Part shown: in pieces, positions 58,405-64,000 of the stretch | How the letters are laid out: each line of letters begins with the position of its first letter | Numbering within the stretch: position 1 is the first letter of the stretch | Source of the DNA: Deltaproteobacteria bacterium | GTDB taxonomy: Bacteria; Desulfobacterota; GWC2-55-46; JADFVP01 | Direction: 5' to 3' | DNA length: 64,000 bases | NCBI GenBank assembly: GCA_029262515.1 | Contig: JAJCZH010000018.1 | Span: forward strand, 13,219 to 77,218 | Notes under the pieces: generated by a model | Told to the model about the DNA's origin: nothing | The model's input: only the letters and a program-made list of their open reading frames with translations | Database searches by the model: none | Made by a program: the position numbers and the translations under genes

Positions 58405-60465
58405 GTGGCAGCATTAGGATTCGGAGAACCGGAGAAATCGATGGCGAGAGTAAAAGCCGGGCCTGAGCAGATATTTGAGTTGGTAAGTCCGTTTACACCG
58501 GGCGGGGATCAGCCGCGCGCCATAGAGGGGCTCGTAGATTCTATCCGTTCCGGCAACCGGTTTCAGACGCTTTTAGGCGTTACGGGCTCGGGCAAGACAT
58601 TCACTGCCGCAAAGGTTATAGAAGAGCTTGGCCGCCCGGCGCTGATTATCGCGCCGAACAAGACGCTCGCAGCTCAGCTCTACGCCGAGATGAAGGAGCT
58701 CTTTCCGAATAACGCGGTTGAGTACTTCGTATCGTACTACGACTACTACCAGCCCGAAGCCTACATGCCGGCAACCGATACCTTTATAGAGAAGGACGCC
58801 TCTATAAATGACGAGATAGACAAACTCCGCCACTCTTGTACGCACTCCATACTTACCCGGCGCGACGTTATCGTCGTGGCTTCGGTCTCCTGCATCTACG
58901 GCATAGGCTCGCCTGAGGATTACGGCTCCATACATCTCTTTGTGGCGTGCGGCATGGAGGTCGAGCGTAACGCTGTGCTCAAGAAGCTGGTCGATATGCA
59001 GTACAGGCGCAATGACCACGACTTCCACCGCGGAACCTTCAGGGTGCGCGGCGATGTGGTCGATATCTTCCCGGTCTACGAGGCCGAGACCGCTGTAAGG
59101 CTCGAGTTTTTCGGCGACGAGATAGACTCTATATCCGAGATTGACCCTCTTCGCGGCACCCAGAGGAAGCGGATAGAACGCGCCCTGATCCACCCGGCCT
59201 CCCACTTCGTAACTACGCGGGATAAACTTACGCGCGCCATGGATTCTATACGCGACGAGTTGAGAGTGAGGCTTGTTGAGCTGAAGGAGGAGGGCAAGAA
59301 CCTCGAGTACCAGCGCCTCGAGCAGCGCACGCTCTACGATCTCGAGTTCATGGAAGAGATGGGTTACTGCTCCGGCATAGAGAATTACTCGCGCCATATT
59401 ACGGGCCGCGCTCCGGGTGAGCCGCCTTTTACGCTCGTCGATTACTTCCCCGACGATCTTCTTCTATTTATTGACGAGAGCCATATTGGCGTGCCGCAGT
59501 TAAACGGCATGTACAACGGCGACCGGTCCCGCAAGCAGACTCTGGTTAATTACGGTTTTCGGCTCCCTTCGGCGCTCGACAACAGACCGTTCAAGTTCGA
59601 AGAGTTCGAGACCCGTTTCCCATCCACGGTCTATGTCTCCGCAACTCCCGGCGACTACGAGGCGCGTGTCTCAAAGGGTAATGTTATGGAGCAGATAATC
59701 CGACCGACCGGCCTGATGGACCCGGAGATGGAGGTGCGTCCGGTAAACTCTCAGGTAGACGACCTGCTCGGCGAGATAAAAAAACGAGTGGCTCTCGGAG
59801 ATCGCGTGCTCGTAACCACTCTCACCAAGCGGATGGCGGAGGACCTTGCGCAGTATTATGCGGACATGGATATTAGGGTAAAGTACCTCCATTCCGATAT
59901 AGTAACGCTCGAACGCGTTGAGATAATAAGGGATCTGAGGCTCGGCAAGTTCGACGTACTTGTCGGGATCAACCTGTTGAGAGAGGGCCTCGACATACCT
60001 GAGGTATCGCTTGTCGCTGTCTTTGATGCCGATAAGGAGGGTTTTTTAAGAAGCGAGCGTTCCTTGATCCAGACCTGCGGCCGGGCTGCGAGAAATGTGA
60101 ACGGAAGGGTTATACTTTATGCCGATAAAGTGACCCGGTCTATGCGCCTCGCCATGAGCGAGACCGAGCGGAGAAGGGAGCTTCAGGCAGGGTTTAATAG
60201 AGAGAACGGCATAACGCCGGAGACGATAAAGAGCTCTATAAAAGATATACTCGCTTCGATCTACGAGACCGACTACTGCACGGTGGAGGCGATTGCCGCA
60301 GAAGAAGAAAGCGCGGGATATGTGCCGACACATGAGCTGCCGCGGCTTTTGAAGTCGCTGAGAAAAGAGATGGAGAGCGCTGTAAAGAAGCTCGATTTCG
60401 AGTCTGCCGCAGAGCTTCGAGACCGTATTAAAGAGCTTGAAGACCGCGAACTGGGGGTTGGTTAG
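58405..60465 (+). CDS. uvrB: Excinuclease ABC subunit B
   Basis: [41 protein letters not shown]-terminal UVR; start may be 58441. Confidence 0.98.
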   Translation: MAALGFGEPEKSMARVKAGPEQIFELVSPFTPGGDQPRAIEGLVDSIRSGNRFQTLLGVTGSGKTFTAAKVIEELGRPALIIAPNKTLAAQLYAEMKELFPNNAVEYFVSYYDYYQPEAYMPATDTFIEKDASINDEIDKLRHSCTHSILTRRDVIVVASVSCIYGIGSPEDYGSIHLFVACGMEVERNAVLKKLVDMQYRRNDHDFHRGTFRVRGDVVDIFPVYEAETAVRLEFFGDEIDSISEIDPLRGTQRKRIERALIHPASHFVTTRDKLTRAMDSIRDELRVRLVELKEEGKNLEYQRLEQRTLYDLEFMEEMGYCSGIENYSRHITGRAPGEPPFTLVDYFPDDLLLFIDESHIGVPQLNGMYNGDRSRKQTLVNYGFRLPSALDNRPFKFEEFETRFPSTVYVSATPGDYEARVSKGNVMEQIIRPTGLMDPEMEVRPVNSQVDDLLGEIKKRVALGDRVLVTTLTKRMAEDLAQYYADMDIRVKYLHSDIVTLERVEIIRDLRLGKFDVLVGINLLREGLDIPEVSLVAVFDADKEGFLRSERSLIQTCGRAARNVNGRVILYADKVTRSMRLAMSETERRRELQAGFNRENGITPETIKSSIKDILASIYETDYCTVEAIAAEEESAGYVPTHELPRLLKSLRKEMESAVKKLDFESAAELRDRIKELEDRELGVG

Positions 60466-60753
60466 GTTGGCAAGTAAACTCGTAATACCGTTCTTTGATG
60501 AACCGGAGACCTGTTCGGTCAACATAAAAAAACTTTATCGAAAATCTCCGGACTATTTTAATCTTTTTTTGCGACAATTATCATAGAAATGTATGGGAAA
60601 GGCTCGGATAGAGTGTGGTAACAGCTAAACTTTTTTGGCCACGCGCCGATGTATAAGAAGGCAACGCCTGCTATGCCAGGTTCCTCATTGTTGCCTCTAT
60701 ATGCCGTTAAAGTAGTTTGGTCGCTGTTGTGCTGCTGTTTTTCCAGGGAGCGT

Positions 60754-61416
60754 ATGGATTACTATCCGGTTTTTCTAGATATAAAAGGTAAACGGTGTTG
60801 TGTGATAGGCGGCGGCAAGGTGGCCGAGCGCAAGGTCTTCTCTTTGCTCGAATCCGGCGCCTTTGTAACTGTTATAAGCCCCAAAATGACCGAAGGGTTA
60901 AAGGCCCTTAAGTATATTAACGGTTTTAAGAGCCTGAAGAGGAAGTATAAACGCGGAGATCTTGCAGATAGCGCTCTTGTGATATCCGCATCGAGTTCTA
61001 ACAGGGTAAATGCCGAGGTGAGCGCCGAGGCCGGTGAACTCGGCATACAGGTAAATATCGTAGACGATCCGGCAAAGTGCAGCTTTATTGTGCCGTCCGT
61101 GGTCGATCGCGATCCGCTTTTGATAGCCATTTCAACCTCGGGGGCTAGCCCGATGGTGGCAAGGAAACTTCGCAAGACTCTTGAGGAGGCAGTAGGACCT
61201 GAGTACGCGCTTTTCGTGCGGCTTGTGGGTACGGTAAGGAACAAGCTGTTGAAAGAGGGAGTAAAAAGTGCTAAGAAGGTGGCAGTCCTGTCCGACCTGA
61301 TAGATTCGCCTCTTCCCGACTGGATCGCTCTCGGGGCGAAAAGGGAGGCGAACGCCTATCTGCGCAAACTGCTCGGTCCGGGTTACACGCTTTTAAAGTT
61401 GGGCGTAAGGCTGTAG
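60754..61416 (+). CDS. Precorrin-2 dehydrogenase / sirohydrochlorin ferrochelatase (SirC/Met8-like)
   Basis: GGGAG RBS; YYPVFLD, VIGGGKVAERK, VNIVDDP..C.F..P, AISTSGASP. Confidence 0.9.
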   Translation: MDYYPVFLDIKGKRCCVIGGGKVAERKVFSLLESGAFVTVISPKMTEGLKALKYINGFKSLKRKYKRGDLADSALVISASSSNRVNAEVSAEAGELGIQVNIVDDPAKCSFIVPSVVDRDPLLIAISTSGASPMVARKLRKTLEEAVGPEYALFVRLVGTVRNKLLKEGVKSAKKVAVLSDLIDSPLPDWIALGAKREANAYLRKLLGPGYTLLKLGVRL

Positions 61417-61511
61417 GGCCGACAGGTTTCGGAGCGGGGCTCTTTTTCCGGCAATACTTTTGTGGCAACATGTTCTGTTTTTAAGAATTTCAGTATTATA
61501 ACAAGGACGGC

Positions 61512-62336
61512 ATGAGCGAAATATTCTTCTACATAACCGCTGCACTCTACTTTGCGGCGACGGCTGTCTTTTTTGCGTACCTCTTTACCCATAAAGAGAA
61601 GTTTACGCTTTTAGGCCAGTATATCCTTATCGGTGGTTCCGTATTCCATGCGGCTACCATACTGTCGAGGTGGGTGGCAACCGGCCACACTCCGGTTACC
61701 ACAACGCACGGGTCCCTGATCTTCTTCTCATGGATACTGGTTGTTATCTGTCTTGTGGTGATGTTCAGGTATAGGCAGCGCGTTATTGGCGCCTTTGTAA
61801 CGCCCTTTGCGCTCGTGTTGCTGCTTATGGCCTCTTTTCTGCCGCGCGATATTATACCGCTCTCTCCCGTGCTTGAGAGTTACTGGCTGCCGGTACACGT
61901 TTCCATTGCCTTTCTCGGCAACGCCTTCTTTGCTCTCGCCTTCTTTCTCGGCGTAATGTACGTAATACAGCAGAGGTACCTGAAGAGCCGCAAGTTGAGC
62001 GGCATGTTCTACGTGCTGCCGTCGCTCGACCTGCTCGACGAACTCAACTACAGGTGCCTGCAGCTCGGTTTCACGCTCTTGACTCTCGCGATAATCACGG
62101 GCTCTATCTGGAGCGAGTACGCGCTGGCAGACTGGATGTCGGATAAGGTGCGGGTGCGCCAGATCTGGTCGTTTATAACGTGGATACTGTATGCGGCGCT
62201 GTTGCACGGCAGGTTGACGGCTGGCTGGAGAGGCAAGAAGGCGGCGCTGCTCTCTGGCGCGGCTTTCCTTATACTGATAGGGTCGTTCCTTATAATTAAC
62301 TTTGTGCTCGGCGGGGCCCACGGCCTTACAGGCTGA
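61512..62336 (+). CDS. Cytochrome c assembly protein CcsA/HemX-like
   Basis: Multi-TM; WLPVH, LPSLDLLD, GF..LT..IITGSIW, W..YAALLH.R..GWRG. Confidence 0.88.
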   Translation: MSEIFFYITAALYFAATAVFFAYLFTHKEKFTLLGQYILIGGSVFHAATILSRWVATGHTPVTTTHGSLIFFSWILVVICLVVMFRYRQRVIGAFVTPFALVLLLMASFLPRDIIPLSPVLESYWLPVHVSIAFLGNAFFALAFFLGVMYVIQQRYLKSRKLSGMFYVLPSLDLLDELNYRCLQLGFTLLTLAIITGSIWSEYALADWMSDKVRVRQIWSFITWILYAALLHGRLTAGWRGKKAALLSGAAFLILIGSFLIINFVLGGAHGLTG

Positions 62337-62389
62337 TGCGCCTGCTTCGGGTTTTCTTTTAATTTGTACCAATTGTAGAGTTAACAGTT

Positions 62390-63697
62390 ATGAATCTTGT
62401 AATCATAGGCCTTAACCATAAGAGCGCTCCTGTAGAGATACGTGAAAAACTCTCCTTTCCGGCGCCGTCTATAGCGGAACCGCTCTCTCAGCTCGTAGAC
62501 AAGTACGAACTGAACGAGGCCGTGATCCTCTCAACGTGTAACAGGGTTGAGATACTGGCGATTACCGACGACATAGAGAGGGGAAGCTGGCAGATCAAGC
62601 GTTTCCTCTCGGACTTTCACTCCATACCGCTAGAGTCGCTCGAGGAGCACCTCTACGAGCATCTCGGTATCGACGGTGTTCGCCATCTTCTGAGGGTTAG
62701 CGCCGGGCTCGATTCCATGGTCATGGGCGAGCCGCAGATACTCGGGCAGGTTAAAGCCGCTTACGGTTACGCAGTTGAACATAATACGGCCGGGGTTATA
62801 GTCAACAAGCTCTACCACAAGGTCTTTCAGGTCTCCAAGCGGATCAGGACCGAGACCCGGATTGGAGAGAGTGCGGTATCTATCAGTTTTGCCGCCGTGG
62901 AGCTTGCGCGCAAGATCTTCGGCGACCTCGCTGGAAAGTCCGTTATGTTGATAGGGGCCGGAGAGATGGCAGAGCTTGCGGCCCGTCACCTGCTCAGCAA
63001 CGGCATACGCGAGATAATGGTCGCGAACAGGACTTATCAGAAGGCCGAGGAGATGGTCAAGTGCTTCGGCGGGCGGGCCATAGATTTTGCTACGTATCGC
63101 GAGCAGGTAAAAGACGCCGATATAGTCATAGCCTCAACAGGAGCCAGAAATTATATACTCGGCCCCGACGAGATCAAAACGGCCATGAAAGCCCGCAAGT
63201 ACCGCCCGATGTTCTTTATAGATATCTCTGTTCCTCGTAACATCGACCCTGCTTTAAACGATATCGACAATGTCTATCTCTACGATGTGGACGACCTTCA
63301 GGGCGTTGTGGCCTCGAACCTCAACGAGAGGGCGCAGGAGGCCGAGGAGGCCGAGAAGATTATAGAGGAGGAGATTGAAAAATTCTACCGCTGGATTAAC
63401 TCCCTGGATGTGGTGCCGACTATTATAGAGCTGAAGCAGTTCTGCGATTCCGTGCGCAAGGCCGAGCTTGCCAAGGCCACCGGAGTCCTCGGGGAGCTCT
63501 CCAAAAAAGAGCGCAAGGCGCTCGACGCTATGACCAAGTCGATAGTCAACAAGATAATCCACAACCCCGTGGTCCATCTCAAGAAGGATGCCAACAAGGT
63601 AGAGGGCGACAGGTATGTGGATACGGTAAGAACGCTCTTCGATCTCGACAGCATTAAAGAGGAGACGCAGAGCCGGGCCGGGGGCGACGACGAGTAG
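62390..63697 (+). CDS. hemA: Glutamyl-tRNA reductase
   Basis: GLNHKSAPVEIRE, STCNRVE, GLDSMVMGEPQILGQVK, GAGEM, DISVPRNI. Confidence 0.98.
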   Translation: MNLVIIGLNHKSAPVEIREKLSFPAPSIAEPLSQLVDKYELNEAVILSTCNRVEILAITDDIERGSWQIKRFLSDFHSIPLESLEEHLYEHLGIDGVRHLLRVSAGLDSMVMGEPQILGQVKAAYGYAVEHNTAGVIVNKLYHKVFQVSKRIRTETRIGESAVSISFAAVELARKIFGDLAGKSVMLIGAGEMAELAARHLLSNGIREIMVANRTYQKAEEMVKCFGGRAIDFATYREQVKDADIVIASTGARNYILGPDEIKTAMKARKYRPMFFIDISVPRNIDPALNDIDNVYLYDVDDLQGVVASNLNERAQEAEEAEKIIEEEIEKFYRWINSLDVVPTIIELKQFCDSVRKAELAKATGVLGELSKKERKALDAMTKSIVNKIIHNPVVHLKKDANKVEGDRYVDTVRTLFDLDSIKEETQSRAGGDDE

Positions 63698-63919
63698 TGC
63701 CGGGCAAATAGAAGGGCAACAGGTTGTTTTTTCCTTGCTCTTCTTTTCTGTCAAAGTATTTTGTGTTTAAATGAGCAGTACATGGTGTAATGATTGAGTG
63801 GCGTGATAACTGGGTATCGTGTACGAGCAACGAAAACCGCATAAGTGTGCATGATCTGTAAACGGGCCGATCTTAGACAGCAGGTAGTTTTCAGATAAAC
63901 GAAAGGTAAGAGAGTATCG

Positions 63920-64000
63920 ATGGCAAAGATAACTGTAGCGACGCGCGGAAGTATGCTTGCGCTCTGGCAGGCGAACTGGGTAAAGTCGGAGCTTGAGTCG
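63920..64000 (+). CDS. hemC: Hydroxymethylbilane synthase, N-terminal fragment (truncated by window edge)
   Basis: MAKITVATRGSMLALWQANWVKSELES; follows hemA. Confidence 0.9.
   Translation, partial: MAKITVATRGSMLALWQANWVKSELES

Noticed and set aside
60569..60586. Rex-like box ttgcgacaattatcatag before the heme operon
   Set aside because: Only 13/18 match by eye in AT-rich DNA; too weak
1..64000. CRISPR arrays, integrase/transposase, integron attC sites, rRNA/tRNA
   Set aside because: No regularly spaced repeats or recognisable motifs seen by eye; a covariance-model scan would be needed to exclude them fully

Overview
Bacterial chromosomal segment of moderate GC. The cpoB-lysM-dprA-topA and sirC-ccsA-hemA-hemC gene orders and the PEP-CTERM/sigma54 signals suggest a deltaproteobacterium-like (Desulfobacterota/Nitrospinota-grade) host; this taxonomy is inference. 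In order, the window holds: the 3' end of a type II secretion cluster (gspI,J,K,L,M,C-like,D); a minus-strand quinol-oxidation module (small Tat protein, NrfC/DsrO-like 4x[4Fe-4S] protein, NrfD/DsrP-like protein fused to a tetraheme cytochrome c) behind a perfect 26-bp operator; a diheme cytochrome c; pepN, arfB and uup; a nitrifier-type ncgABC-nirK cluster; an AddB/AddA-like pair; typA; a TIGR03545/03546-like pair; a DAACS transporter; an accessory zone (Zn-ribbon/His-tail protein, class I isoprenoid-synthase-like protein, a PEP-CTERM protein plus a 57-aa signal-peptide+PEP-CTERM micro-protein absent from the ORF track, under a sigma54 promoter with enhancer boxes); an FKBP gene with an in-frame amber at codon 5; a DUF2249-NifU fusion; an HD-GYP protein; housekeeping genes (dtd, yjbQ, cpoB, dprA, topA, lspA, ileS, uvrB); and the start of the heme biosynthesis operon. 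Two AT-rich orphan genes 42 kb apart are each followed by a similar 20-nt REP-like motif (17/20 identical). No rRNA, tRNA, CRISPR array or transposase was recognised. All family assignments come from motif recognition by eye, not database searches.
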